Assembly: GCF_006345805.1 (NCBI RefSeq)
Contig: NC_043008.1
Location: 30,690,001-30,754,000, forward strand
DNA from: Octopus sinensis
Lineage: Eukaryota
Length of the DNA stretch: 64,000 bases
Reading direction: 5' to 3'
Position 1 is the stretch's first letter, and every line of letters starts with the position of its first letter. Below are positions 1 through 12,030 of this stretch, in pieces. Made by a program: the position numbers and the translations under genes. Below the pieces are notes generated by a model that saw only the letters and a list, made by a program, of their open reading frames with translations, had not been told where the DNA came from and searched no databases.

Positions 1-330
1 TTCAAATGGCTTCTGTTATATATATTGTTGCACATTACAGTGCCAAGAGATGATTAAATTATTTCTGTTGTCCTACGTATTATTTCATTGTTTTTATGTA
101 TTTATTTCTCCTCCCCTATTTTATTTCAATTATTAGGCTTCCTTTTCGTCTGGGGGCTTCTCAATTTCCCAAGCTTTCTTACATAATTCCTTTAATTTCC
201 TCGTCTACTCGAACCATTTTATTTTGTATGAATTGTTTGATTCTTGACTCAAAGTCTTCAGGATTTGGCTTTCGCCTGTCGAATTAATCTTTCTTTTATT
301 TCTTTGTGTTCCCGTTCTTCCTTAATTGTA
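1..330 (-). mobile_element. Heavily degraded LINE reverse-transcriptase N-terminal fragment (RTE/CR1-like)
   Basis: Manual minus-strand translation gives KLKELCKKAWEIEKPPDE...NLIISWHCNVQQYI with stops/frameshifts. This resembles the L..LC..IW....P.EW...I....K.....NYR.ISLL region of APE-type LINE RTs. Clade assignment is tentative. Confidence 0.4.
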
Positions 331-741
331 AGTCTTCCAAACAGAAGTACTGTTTTGGTGAATATATGTTGTTTTTTTTAAAGTTTTTTTTAGTATATAT
401 TTTATCTCTCTCCTTGTTTCCTGATTAACTACTCTTTTTGTTTCCAGGCAGGTTTTACTGAATGTTTTCTTATTTTCTTTCCTGTCTTGACACCCTTAGC
501 TTTAGCTGATACATCCACTTTCGTGTTTACTAGTTGATTCGACGTAACTTTATCTCATAATACATGCTATATCTATACCATTTACACACGCCAATAAAAG
601 ACCTCTCTGTAGTCGCTCAACATATTGGAAATTATAGGATAATGTAGTCTTAGATAGGATTAGTCAAGAAATTGTAATCCTAGATATATTTTTTCTGTTA
701 AAAAAAACTTTACAATGTTTTGTTCCACAATCTATAGCTGC

Positions 742-1141
742 AGGGAGGCGGCGAGCTGGCAGAAACGTTAGCACGCCGGGCGAAATGCGTAGCCGTATTT
801 TGTCTGCCGTTACGTTCTGGGTTCAAATTGCGCCGAGGTCGACTTTGCCTTTCATCCTTTCGCGGTCGATTAAATAAGCACCGGTTACGCGCTGGGGCCG
901 ATATAATCGACTTAATCCGTTTGTCTGTCCTTGTTTGTCCTCTCTGTGTCTAGCTCCTTGTGGGTAGTGAAGAAATAGGTATTCGTCTGCCGTTACGTTC
1001 TGAGTTCAAATTCCGCCGAGGTCGATTTTGCCTTTCATCCTTTTGGGGTCGATAAATTAACTACCAGTTGCGTACTGGAGTCACTCTAATCGACTGGCTC
1101 CCTTCCCCAAAATTTCGGGCCTTGTTCCTAGAGTAGAAAAG
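742..1141 (+). mobile_element. Dimeric tRNA-derived SINE (full unit with tail A followed by 5'-truncated unit with tail B)
   Basis: Head ggcggcgagctggcagaaacgttagcacgccgggcgaaatg and B-box-like gggttcaaatt; the body repeats from about 980. The body also occurs at 19341, 54297 (minus), 4045 and 36790. Flanked by the imperfect direct repeat aatctatagctgc (729-741) / aatctgcagctgc (1142-1154). Confidence 0.85.
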
Positions 1142-2076
1142 AATCTGCAGCTGCCGGATTAATACGGATCTAAAGAACAACAGTAGTAGCACCATTTATA
1201 TTTCTGTGTAATTATTTCTCATTTGCAAATATGTCATATAGTGTCTTTGTTCTGTCCTCAATTTGTATAAATTCTATCAATTTAAATTGTTTCTTTTGTC
1301 TGTTGGACTTTCTATTATGCCATCCTTCATCTGCCAGAGTCAGATAAAAATATATAAATAAATAAAATTATATTAATTCAATTCAGTTCATTAAAAAATT
1401 TACTAAAATCAAATTCAAAAAATAAGATTAAAATAATATAAAAATTTCAAAATTGAAATAAATCATTATTATTTGGTCATGTTAGATTTAATATTTCTCA
1501 CTTCTCTGTTGCTACAATTATTTTGAGTTTTAACGAAGATTCAGATGGGGTTACAACCTTTTGTGTCACGGTGCTTTTATTGTTCCTGTGCACACATTGT
1601 TTTGTATTATCAACTTCCTTTGGTATTTCTACTTTTATAATTTCCTGTTTAGCTCAGATTATTAAGTTCTTCCTTTACAATTGTTCTTAGACGTTTGATA
1701 ATTTCATGCTATTCATTTGTGGACGATTAATGGTGTTTTCCCGTCAGTGACGTTACCTATTTAACGTGGTATTCATATACAAGTTTCTGCACTTGCGGTT
1801 CAGTAATATTTTTTTTTTTACTTATTTACTTTGTTTTGTCTTACCAGTATATCAGAGTAACTTCCTTCTGTCTCTCTTACGTTAGCTCCTGGAACCGAAT
1901 TGTTGATAAGTTTTTATTGTTGTCATCATTAATGGCGGAATTGTTAGCATGTCGAACAAATTTCTTTGCGGCATTTTTCCTGTTCTATATTTAAGAGATG
2001 AGGAATTATGTACATTATTTACATTATGTACATTATTTACATTCGTCGGATATTTGTCTTCATCTTGTTTGTTGTT

Positions 2077-2122
2077 AACACAACGTTTCGGCTGATATAC
2101 CCTCCAACTTTCTTCAGGTGTC
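2077..2122 (-). ncRNA. Minimal type I hammerhead ribozyme motif (palindromic helix III)
   Basis: Minus strand: GACAC-CTGAAGA-A-AGTTG-gagggtatat-CAGCC-GAAA-CG-TT-GTGTT. Stem I GACAC/GTGTT; helix III palindrome AACGTT; predicted cut between 2082 and 2081. Stem II has one mismatch and one wobble. Confidence 0.65.
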
Positions 2123-2213
2123 TTGAGGAAATTTCGAACCTGGATTCTCATTCCTAAGGTATTTTTTTATTTTATTATTATTATTGGAGTTCGATTCCAA
2201 GCAGTGAGTTGAA

Positions 2214-2248
2214 CAATAATAATAATAATAATAAAAATAATAATAATA

Positions 2249-2315
<67 letters not shown>

Positions 2316-2343
2316 CAACAACAACAACAGCAACAACAACAAC
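2214..2343. repeat. (AAT)n grading into (AAC)n microsatellite
   Basis: Directly visible trinucleotide array. Confidence 0.98.
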
Positions 2344-2767
2344 ATCGAAAATACCTTAGGAATAAGAACACCGGTTCAAAATTTCGTCGTCGTCATCATC
2401 GTCGACGTCACTATTATCTTCATCATCATTATCATCATCATCGTAGTCATCATCATCATAATCATCGCAATTATCGTTAACATCTCCCTTATATCATCAT
2501 CATCATAATATCCATTAGCATTATTTTCTTGTAATTTTTCTATTGCTATTCTTTGGCACCAAGTCAGCTCTGTTGGAATGAGTTATCCTCAAAGGAGTTC
2601 AAGTAATCACAATCCCGTCTTTTTATATATAAGTACCAAATTCTGCACACAGACTAACACATCCTTCATTCAAGACTGCGTTATATAATTTGAAGGTGAA
2701 ATTAGCCGCTATTTTAGCAGGTGGAAACATCACTGAGGATTCCCATATAGCAATATAGCTGCAGCGA

Positions 2768-2816
<49 letters not shown>
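2768..2816. repeat. (TAG)n microsatellite
   Basis: Directly visible. Confidence 0.98.
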
Positions 2817-2817
<1 letters not shown>

Positions 2818-4044
2818 TCAATATCATACAGCTATTACCCTCACCGGCTACGATGGTAGTAGTGGTGTTGGGAGAAGTGGTGGTAGTAGTGGTGTTGGTG
2901 ATGGTGTGGTAGTAAGCAAGTTTCATGTTGATGTTTTTTTTCTTTTTACTTGATCATGTGTCAGTGTTTTGTTACTATTTGTATGTGTATGTGCCTCTTG
3001 CTTTAGCTTTCACTGTTCTAATTGTCCTAAGGAAGAATAACGGAGGACTAAGATTGATCAACAATGCTACCATAATAAATTCTATCTGACTAATAATTCC
3101 CAAGAGATATTTGAAAATAGAAAGATTGAATAGTATGCTGGAAGTGGTGGTGGCGGGGGTGGCCGTGGTGGCGAGAGTGGAAGGGGTGACTGAGTTTGTG
3201 GTGGTGGCGGCAGTTGTGCGACGGTAGTGGTGGTAAAATGATGCCTGTTCTTGTCGGTCATGGCGGGAGGTCTTTGATGGTCGTAGTATAGTTGTGTAGC
3301 CTCGAGTCAGCTCTGAGAAAACAGAGAAGAGGAGAGTTAATACGCCGTCATCTCCAATACCACCGTCGCCGCCGTTGCCGACACGGTTGACTTCGATGAC
3401 AACAAGTGTTTAGCTGCAGGTCAACTCTGATAGTGCAGATCTACCTTCAAAAACGTTCCCGCTGTTACTTTCACTTTTATTTTTAGTTTTTTCCCCCCTC
3501 ACTTTTTTTAATCCAAACATAGTGTATCTTGCAGGACTATATTATCAAGTGTGATGACCTTCGTCTCAAACCACGGAATGTGATATAAAGGAGGCCAAAT
3601 TTCTATTTGTAGCAGGTTCCCCGTCGTTTCGGTGGTCGTAACGGTGATGTTGAGTGTAGATTTAACGGAACTACTGATAGTAGTTATGATGATGGAAGAA
3701 ATAACCGTCATTCTGTTGCTGTTTTTAACACCAGGCAAGCCTTCACTTGCCGAGGATTTCCATCCATCACCACACGGTTTTCCTTTACGCAAAGTGTAAA
3801 TAGGGTTACATTTTTCAGTCTGTTTGTTTTAAAAGGAGCGATTATAGTTTGATGGGTAAAAAGGTTGCTGTTTCTTGCTGATTCAGTGACCGCATAGATG
3901 CTTCCTCGTTCGTTCGACGGTGATGTTGGTTTTTTAGTAGGCATTTTCAGTGGTGTCTGTGCTGTGAGTGAATGGCTGGTTGTGCTAAAGTGTAGTATCG
4001 TCTCTCAGAAGTTTGCTTTATTCCATCAATGGTGTTGAATGTCG

Positions 4045-4310
4045 CGACCAGACAGAATCATTAGCACGCCGGACAAGATGCTTAGCGGCATTTCGTCCAT
4101 CTTATACCCTTGCCCGAAATTGCTGACCTTGGGTAAACATTTGAAACTATTATCATTTTTGAGATAGCACAATCGCTAGGGTGTTGAAAAATACACTGCA
4201 GTATTTATTCCGGCTCTTTCTGCTCAGATCTTACCGAGGTCAACTTTGCCTTTCGTAACTTCGGTCTCGATAACATAGTTTCAGTCGGCGTAATCGACTA
4301 ACACCCTAGT
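4045..4310 (+). mobile_element. Degenerate SINE copy (family of 742-1141)
   Basis: cagaatcattagcacgccggacaagatgcttagcggcatttcgtc...accgaggtcaactttgcctttc...taatcgact aligns by eye to the SINE body, with an internal insertion. Confidence 0.6.
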
Positions 4311-6059
4311 CTTGCTCCAAAGTCAGAAACCATGTTGTAATAGATTTTACGACCCAGGTATCTCAGATCAGATCTAGGAGACTAACATGAACAAAAACTT
4401 TCCAGTTTGGACCATATTATATTCATGACTACATTATCCGATGGGTTCTGTTTTTATGAAGACGATGGGATACAAAATGAGATATTCGACTGTTATATTT
4501 AGCATGTCAAGTGACCGCGTAGATCCTCCCGTGTTATTTCAGTGTTGATGTTGTTGTTGCTGTCTGGTAATTGTAGTGGTGATGGTGGTTATTATCGTGG
4601 TAGTGGGGGGTAGGGGTGCTATTTGTTTTAATTATGTTCAAATTATTGTTATATTTGTTAAAGGATTTATCGTATCTGTTGTACTGTATGTTATACTTTT
4701 ATCTTTGTCTAGGAACGGTTGCCGTTGTTATTGTTACTGCAGCTATTGTTGTTACTACTGTTCTTGCTGTTGTTGTTTAAGCTCAGATCAGCCCTGATTC
4801 AGCAGACCCACGATCAAAAGTATTCCTGCCATGTGTATCTGTTCTTTCTAGGATAAATAGAACTGCACAACACAATGTGTCTTGTTTTTACAGACAATGG
4901 CAGTGATGTTTTTGATTAGATCAAGATTCGTCTATTGTTTCTAGCAAGACGAAAAACCACATGGAGATCACCATGTTGTTTTGCAATCTTTCCTTTTGTT
5001 ATCGGTCTTGATTGTTAATGCAGTTGTCGACGTCGTCGTCGTTGTTGTTGATGAGGAGGGGAGGGGTAGAGGAGGGGAGGAGAAAGAGGAGAAGAAGGTG
5101 GAGGAAGAAGAAGAAGAGGATGGCGATGATGATGATGATGATAATTACGACGGTGACCAAGACACCGACAGTGAAAATGAAAATTATTTGTTTTGTTCTG
5201 AGAAACATAATTTCAAATAAGTTATTCTTTTTCTCTTCTTTATTTTTTGTCAATGATAATTAAACAAATTTTCCTCTTGTCTGGGGATAATTTTTCCTCC
5301 TCCGCCTCCTCACGCTGTCTTGCAATCTCTGAAAATGGCCATATGCGCCGCCCCGTGTATGCCAACGAGTTTTTGTCTATGTGTAAGTAGGTTTGTACAT
5401 GTGCATAAAAAGTGGGAGAAAACGTATAAGAAGTGAAACTAGCCAGAATGGAGACGAATAAAAATGTGACTGTCTGATAAATGACATATCAGTGGCTCAT
5501 GAATATGGCAACAAAGTTGTGAGGGTATGGGTGAGGTACAGCTGAGGTTGAGCTAAAGAAAACAACTTTAGTAGGATATAAAAGCGACCATCAATTATCT
5601 TTATAATTTACGTTGATTTCGGCTCGGCAGATTTTAAAGTAGAATGCATTCAATTGATAAATCACGATGGAATTTTTATATTATTTATTTAGTAATACTA
5701 CATATATTTCTTTTTTAATTTTACAATTTTTATTTATTGTTTTTACAATGACGACACGGTACAGAAACAAAAGAAAAATGGCAGATGGGGAATAAAAATT
5801 GAGGTGGTGGTGGTGGCGGTAGTAATGAGGATGATGATGATGATGATGATGATTTCTTTAACTGTTAAAATGATTATAATAATGGTTTTCACATATTTCA
5901 TTTTGATGACGATTATGATGATGATGCTGATGATGATGAAGAAGACGAGGAAGGTGAAGGATGATGAGGAGGATAAGGAGGAGGGGGTTGATGATGATTT
6001 CAGTAATTACTATTTTTCTTTCATTTTGTTTTTACATTTCAGTAATGCTTTCTTTTCGC

Positions 6060-6130
<71 letters not shown>
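6060..6130. repeat. (AAT)n microsatellite
   Basis: Directly visible. Confidence 0.98.
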
Positions 6131-9100
6131 GCATTTCTCAGAAACTATTCACAAAAGACAGTCGAAATGAGACAAAACAGTGTTTGCCAGCATTTCAATC
6201 CCAGTAGACGACAACATATCTGCAAAAGAGTTGAAAATAAAATGATTTTAAGTGGCTGAAAATAGAACAATCCAGAATGTAAGGATTGAAAATAAAAGAC
6301 AATTCTCGAAATAATAGGTACGTTATGGAGGATAAAGATGAAAAAAAAAATGATTTATAACTTTCAACCGAAGAAACGCATACACAGCATACAGTATATT
6401 AGAATTGGCAAGCATTTTGTGTGTGCGTGCGTGTGTATGAAACAAAGAAAGAAAGAAAGAAAGAAACTTGTACAATTCCTCTGCTAACATGAGATCAGGG
6501 TGATAAAAAAATTCATGATTTATATTTAGAAATAGAGGAGTGTTTTCTAGTTATCTTTAAACAATTCTCAACGAGAAACGGCTAAGCAATTATTGAGATC
6601 CCGATACAGGAGAAATAATTCGTTTCATCAAATGCACCTGACGAATTTGTGAAAGAATATACAAGAAAAGCATGACAAATCTGCGTAGTACATTTGCTTA
6701 AGACGAAGAAAGAAACATGCTATGGGGATGCTAAAAGCAATACACAACAGGACTCACGAAGGAAGGCTTCAAGTCTAGCTTAAAATATAAACTAACGTTT
6801 AAGATTGATCTATTTTCAAGAATTTATTAATGTTGATAGACAAATGTATTGAAAAAAAAGACAATATATGAATGCTATGCAGAATTTGACAGGTGGGATA
6901 TTGTTAGTTAATCGTATTTAAATACATTTGAAATAAGGAACACTCTAGAGGTGGATAACATTTTCTCATCATGCAGAAATGCGCACAATTCTCAGCTGAG
7001 GAACCATAGCTTGTGCTGTAAACTGTTGCTGCTTTTGTCGTTATTGTTTTGTAGTGTAATCCAAAATCAGCTATGGTCGAGCAGATTTATGAGCAGCGAT
7101 TATGGATCCTTTAATCTTTAAATTTTTTTTTTACAACCATGATTTATTGTAATAAACGGCTACTTCCTACTTGAAAAAGCCCTTGTGTGATTTGAAGAAG
7201 ATTTGGCTGTTATTTATTGAAGGTCGAGATATAAGATAGAGGTTCCCTCGGTGGATTATAAAAGACAGTTGATATAAAACATGTGACGTGCAAGAACGTG
7301 TGAAAATAGTTATGCTATAAGAAAATATTATGGCAAGGGACATAAAAGTAGTGCCTAAATATTCCATTACAAGGGAATGCTGTTATTTGGGAAGTGGAAA
7401 CTGCAATAGAACATCAAGAAGCTACGATGAAATGAAAGATTCGACGATTGATAAAGAGTTTAAGTCATTGATAATATTTTGAGCGAATAAAAGTCTAAGA
7501 GGTTGGGGTCTTCAAATCAGAAAGTCTTCGTTAGGAAACCACAAGATGAACAGGATGACACTTATAAAATGTTTCTCAAAATGCTAGCAAATGCGGAACT
7601 CATTGGTCAACCTGCAAAGAAGATCTGGATGTTACAACACTAATCCACGTCTAAAGTAATCGCCCAGGAAAAAAAGGGTAATTAGGTTGAGATAAGTAGA
7701 GACGTTTGTAACAGAGTATATTTGAAATAAACAAGTTAAAAGTTATGCACAATCGTAAAGCATCTGGATTTTACGATATATATTGATACTGGTTACACAC
7801 TTAAATAAGTGTGAGAATCGATAACGGGCATCAAACGGGTTGCTACAAGGAAGTATCACTTTGTTATGAAGAACAGAAGCTAAGTACTACTGTTTGGGAA
7901 GTACTTACTATAATATGATCAATTCTTACAGTCAAATATTTTCCAGTTGAATCATGGGAAGATCTAAAGAAAAATACCGTTCTACACGTTAGCTAGAAGG
8001 TGGCAGGCCTAAAAGTAAAACATCTTTTAACAACTTCTAAATGTTTCACGGGAAAAATATTTATGACAACTTGTAAATATTTGGTGTAAAATGTAAAATT
8101 TTAGAAAAACAGTTGTAATAAATATGTACATAATCCGAACTAATTGTAGTAAACATGTGATATAATTTCAAACTCTAGGATCATTGAACCATCTGTGTGA
8201 CTGTATTATCGTAAATTCTTTTTAAGGGTAAATGACAAATTGAAGGTCAGTACCAATACAATATTGCTGCATAGAGAAAGAAAGCATTCTCGTAACCATA
8301 AGCCTAGTTGAACTACTTGCTATATTAAGGACTTTGCTAGTGATACTCACGGTCGGGTCAGCTGATGTATCAAACTGGACAATGGTTTACAACTACGCTG
8401 CCAAACCAGTCCAAACGATGAAGTAGCTCACAGCTACCTCCAAACAAATTGTAATCAAAAACCTTTCTCCGTATCAAGGTTAGGCTATTGCAGAAACAAA
8501 TGGCTCATGAGACTATGAACGTGTAGCAAGTTCTTTGTGAATTTCTTAGGACCGCAGCCATGCTTTCACCTATTTTATCCAATGATATCATTAAATATGT
8601 CAAGAAAAAGAAGCGGTTTGTATGCAAAAATCAAGGACCTTGAATGGGTGGCAATTAAGAGAGGAATATTACTAGAATTTTGGTCTCTTTATTTTTACTA
8701 ATACTTTAATATTATCAACAGCATTGGAATATCGTTACTACATGTTCCATCTTACTGGAATTTGGTTGATAATGGAAAACAACATGGAATTTCGAATATA
8801 GTAAGCCTACGGTAAAATATTTAAATGTCATAGCGATCATAGGACAACAAAAGGATAATATTGGTTTCCGATATGAGAGCTGTTTGAAAAATAGGGATAG
8901 TTTGATGCTTTGCGGCTAAAGTGAGGACTAATTTATAAAAAGTAATGCGTTGGCATAAGAACCGACAGATGTTTGCACGAAAAAAGTACACACATACAAC
9001 TATATGAAGAAAACTATGTATGCTGGCAAACGCGCAGAAACTAATAATATGTTGAAGCTAATGATACGAGGGAAATAGCTCGTGTGCAAATAAGTGTCTT

Positions 9101-9763
9101 TAAGAGTAAAGAAAAAAATAGTGAAGAAAGATAACGTCTGTTTTTGGAGTTATAGCTGTTTCAATGTAGATAATTACAGAAAATAAGCTTCGAATACTGC
9201 TTACAGTAACGAAGAATTTTTAAACGCTCATTTAATTCATTGTCATCATGAAATAACGTCAGTAATGTTTCACTTAAACAATGTTAGTAGCCAGGTTTTG
9301 AATGAAAACTACTATATATATAAAGAATTGGTTAACTCAGCTATTGCATTATAAAAGATCTTGTTTCTTTTAGCCACCAGTTATATTCAGAGAGGATTGT
9401 GTAAAAATTTCCTTTCGAATTTATAAATGTGTGTATATGTATGTGTGTATGTGTATGTGTGTGTGCGCGTGTGTGTGTGTGCGCGTGTGCATGCGAGGGG
9501 GTGCTGAAATAATCCTGGCTTTGAATAAAAGAAAATACAGGAGGATCAGTTACTTATGATTTTATTCCCCTCTCAGATTAACACACTAACTACTCCGGTC
9601 CTTCAGGTTTTCAAAGCCCTGTAAAGGAACTTCGACGGCTGTGTCTCCAACCACGCCTTTTGCGAAACCTTTGAAACCAAGAACGTTTCAGCACCCTCTC
9701 GTATATGTGTATGTGTGTTTGTATTTGTGTGTGTGTACATATATATATATATGGATATAAATA

Positions 9764-10041
9764 TATATTTCGGAATGGTCATATTGCCAGTTTAGCCAAT
9801 AAAAACACACGCACTATATATTTAGTGTTATTTTGCTTCAGTGTTATTTATTTTTTACATTAATCTTAATCTTATTTCGGCCAGAGTTCTTTCGTCACAC
9901 TCCTGTGACCGCATCAGTGGTCCTTTGTTTTCTTCTTTTATATTTGTGTCTCTCCTTACTAACCGTCAGCAAAATAACACCAAATATATAGTGCGTGTGT
10001 TTTTATTGGCTAAACTGGCAATATGACCATTCCGAAATATA
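9764..10041. mobile_element. Fold-back element, family H2 (74-bp inverted arms, hammerhead-like motif in spacer)
   Basis: 9764-9837 and 9968-10041 are reverse complements at 73/74 positions. TA-rich flanks. A further stub of the arm end lies at about 10131-10150 and a forward-only copy at 15408-15525. Confidence 0.8.
9879..9923 (-). ncRNA. Hammerhead-like motif with core deviations
   Basis: Minus strand: GGACCA-CTGATGC-G-GTCAC-aggagt-GTGAC-GAAA-GAAC-TC-TGGCC. Perfect 5-bp stem II and a CCA/TGG stem I, but A9 is C and helix III is not palindromic. Confidence 0.5.
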
Positions 10042-10290
10042 ACAATATCTGTTTCGACACCCGACTTCACATAAAAATTCTTGCACAACAAATATTTAAA
10101 CGTATATATATATATATTATTTATGAGAGTATGACCATTCCGAAATATAACTATATATATATATATACATATATACACACACATATATATATATTTATAT
10201 CAGTTGAATAAAGTTACAACATCGTCTAGTTTTCACGTTTTTTTACTGTTGTATTTGTTAAAAAAATTGTTGCTACAATGTTGAAGTGTG

Positions 10291-10334
10291 TGAAACATTA
10301 GCTTTCATACGATCGTAGTAATCATCAGATTTCA
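10291..10334 (-). ncRNA. Minimal type I hammerhead motif downstream of a Penelope endonuclease relic
   Basis: Minus strand: TGAAAT-CTGATGA-T-TAC-tacgatc-GTA-T-GAAA-GC-TA-ATGTTTCA. Canonical CUGAUGA/GAAA core, helix III palindrome AGCT, imperfect stem I. Same strand as, and about 340 bp 3' of, the GIY-YIG relic. Confidence 0.6.
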
Positions 10335-10669
10335 AAATGTAATTACGGACAACTGCGTTCTTGACAACTGTAGTAAAATGACTAACTCCTTCCTTTTTAT
10401 ACTTATTAGAAAGCCCCGGCAAGCTGAATTTTTCGAATACGGTTTTGACCAATCAGCTTAAAAGTCACTGTTTACCGGGCGTACTGATATTACCCTGCCT
10501 TTATTTTAACAAATTAGCTTGCGGTTTACTTGTAATGTTCTTGTGAGTGAGCAAACTTAGTTGGTTTCCATCGTTTTTATTTCAATCGCTGGGAGACTTC
10601 TGTAATTTGTTTATATTCATATATTAAGGATAGTTTTAAATCCGCATCATTAGCTGACTGTTTTATTGT

Positions 10670-10920
10670 TATTATTTCTGTTCAGAGCAGGTTTAAACAT
10701 TTTAACAAAACGTTTTTCTTTTATCTGTCTTCCAAACTCACTTGTGACATGTAATTTGTGGAGAGAAAAACTTAGAAACATTTTGTGACCACAGGTTTTT
10801 ATATGTTCGCTAAATGGAATTTGGCGAACATTAGTATTCCGGGGTTGGTTTCTGTGGACCCGTGAGCGTTCCGATAATGCATTCCCTGTCTCGCCAATAT
10901 ATAGTTTCTAGCAATTAGGA
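10670..10920 (-). mobile_element. Penelope-like element GIY-YIG endonuclease C-terminal relic (type B)
   Basis: Manual translation: PNC*KLYIGETGNALSERSRVHRNQ...RQIPFSEHIKTCG...KEKRFVKMFKPALN, matching the YIGET..L..R..H and KE..FI..F.P.LN motifs. Confidence 0.8.
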
Positions 10921-11004
10921 TATTTAATGCAATCGATCTATCTATCTCTCACTCTCTCTATATATGTGTGTGCGTTTGTGTGTGTGTGCGTTTGTGTGTG
11001 TGTG

Positions 11005-11300
11005 TGTTGGTAAAATCGAATTTCAAAGTCATTCTCTGTAGGAATGCTATAAGTCTCTAGAGTACTGTCATTGTTGGAATGGATTTCAGCAAACTGGGTT
11101 CAGACATTTGGAAGATAATTACCTTTAAATGAGCAATTAATTCGAACAATACAACTACAAGAAGGCAAAGGGACTATATTACTGTAGTTCTGTAGGTTGC
11201 TTGAATTGATATTGCAATGAGCTGTATAAATGTTTGCAACATAACTAGATTTCATTACAAGTTTTCTTTCAAAACGATAACCCGTTGATAACAACGGGTT
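11005..11300 (-). mobile_element. Penelope-like element Zn-linker/GIY-YIG relic (type A)
   Basis: SCSCIVRINCSFKGNYL (CNC....CPL.G.CL-like), followed after a frameshift by AEIHSNNDSTLETYSIPTENDFEIRFYQH (A.V...YIG.TE..FK.RFY.H-like). Truncated at a (CA)n tract. Confidence 0.65.
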
Positions 11301-11304
11301 ATCG
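11275..11304. repeat. Perfect 13-bp stem, 4-nt loop inverted repeat
   Basis: cgataacccgttg-ataa-caacgggttatcg. Confidence 0.95.
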
Positions 11305-12030
11305 AAAAACAGAGATTAAATTTAAGATGTCTCTTGTAATGTGAGAACAGCTGTTTCAAGTATAAATTTTATTACATTAAAAATAATTAAATTAAGCGCA
11401 TTATATACAACGAGTTTTATATCTTTTGATGCATTGTAGTAGTAAAACTACAGATAAGCGTGGGAGGTTGAGTTTTGGGATATTAAACAATAGGTTTGTT
11501 CACACCAACGCGCTTATTGATTAAGTTTTAATTTCTGACTATGATACGCGCCAGGCGAAGGACACAGTTATTTCTCTCTAAACCTACGTGTTTTTCACAA
11601 ATACGTGCCTGACTTCCGGTAATTATGGTATATAGATATGCGTTTGTTTCTATTTATGCATATAATTATACCTGTATGCATTTATTTATGAGAGTATGCA
11701 TATTCATATACACACTTGCATTTATACGCTTACAAGCGCACACAAATATACACACACAAAGACTCACACACACACACATATGGCTGTGTGTATGCATATA
11801 TATATATATATATATATATATAGGTATGTGCATATATGATTGTGTACTGTATATATACATATCTATATATTCATATTCATATGCATATGTATATGTATCT
11901 ATGTGTGTATGTACATATATATATATATGCTTGTGTGGGTGTGTGTGTATTACTGTGTGTGTGTGTGTGTGTTACTTGAGAATAAATTGAGGAACGCTGA
12001 ATGAGTCGGTATTATACGGAAACTAGTGGA

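Larger units (their letters stand above)
1982..2385. mobile_element. Fold-back element, family H1, copy 1 (inverted hammerhead arm + B box + (AAT)n + truncated forward arm)
   Basis: 1982-2186 is homologous to 43567-43797. gagttcgattcc B box at 2187-2198. 2341-2385 (aacatcgaaaataccttaggaat...) is the reverse complement of the inner part of the left arm. Confidence 0.75.

Noticed and set aside
1690-1755. CTGACGG...GAAA...CGTC on the minus strand as a hammerhead
   Set aside because: Core deviates and I could not build consistent stems I-III.
3690-3810. 38-aa MMMEEITVILLLFLTPGKPSLAEDF... small ORF
   Set aside because: Short, starts in an (ATG)n run, and has no supporting evidence.
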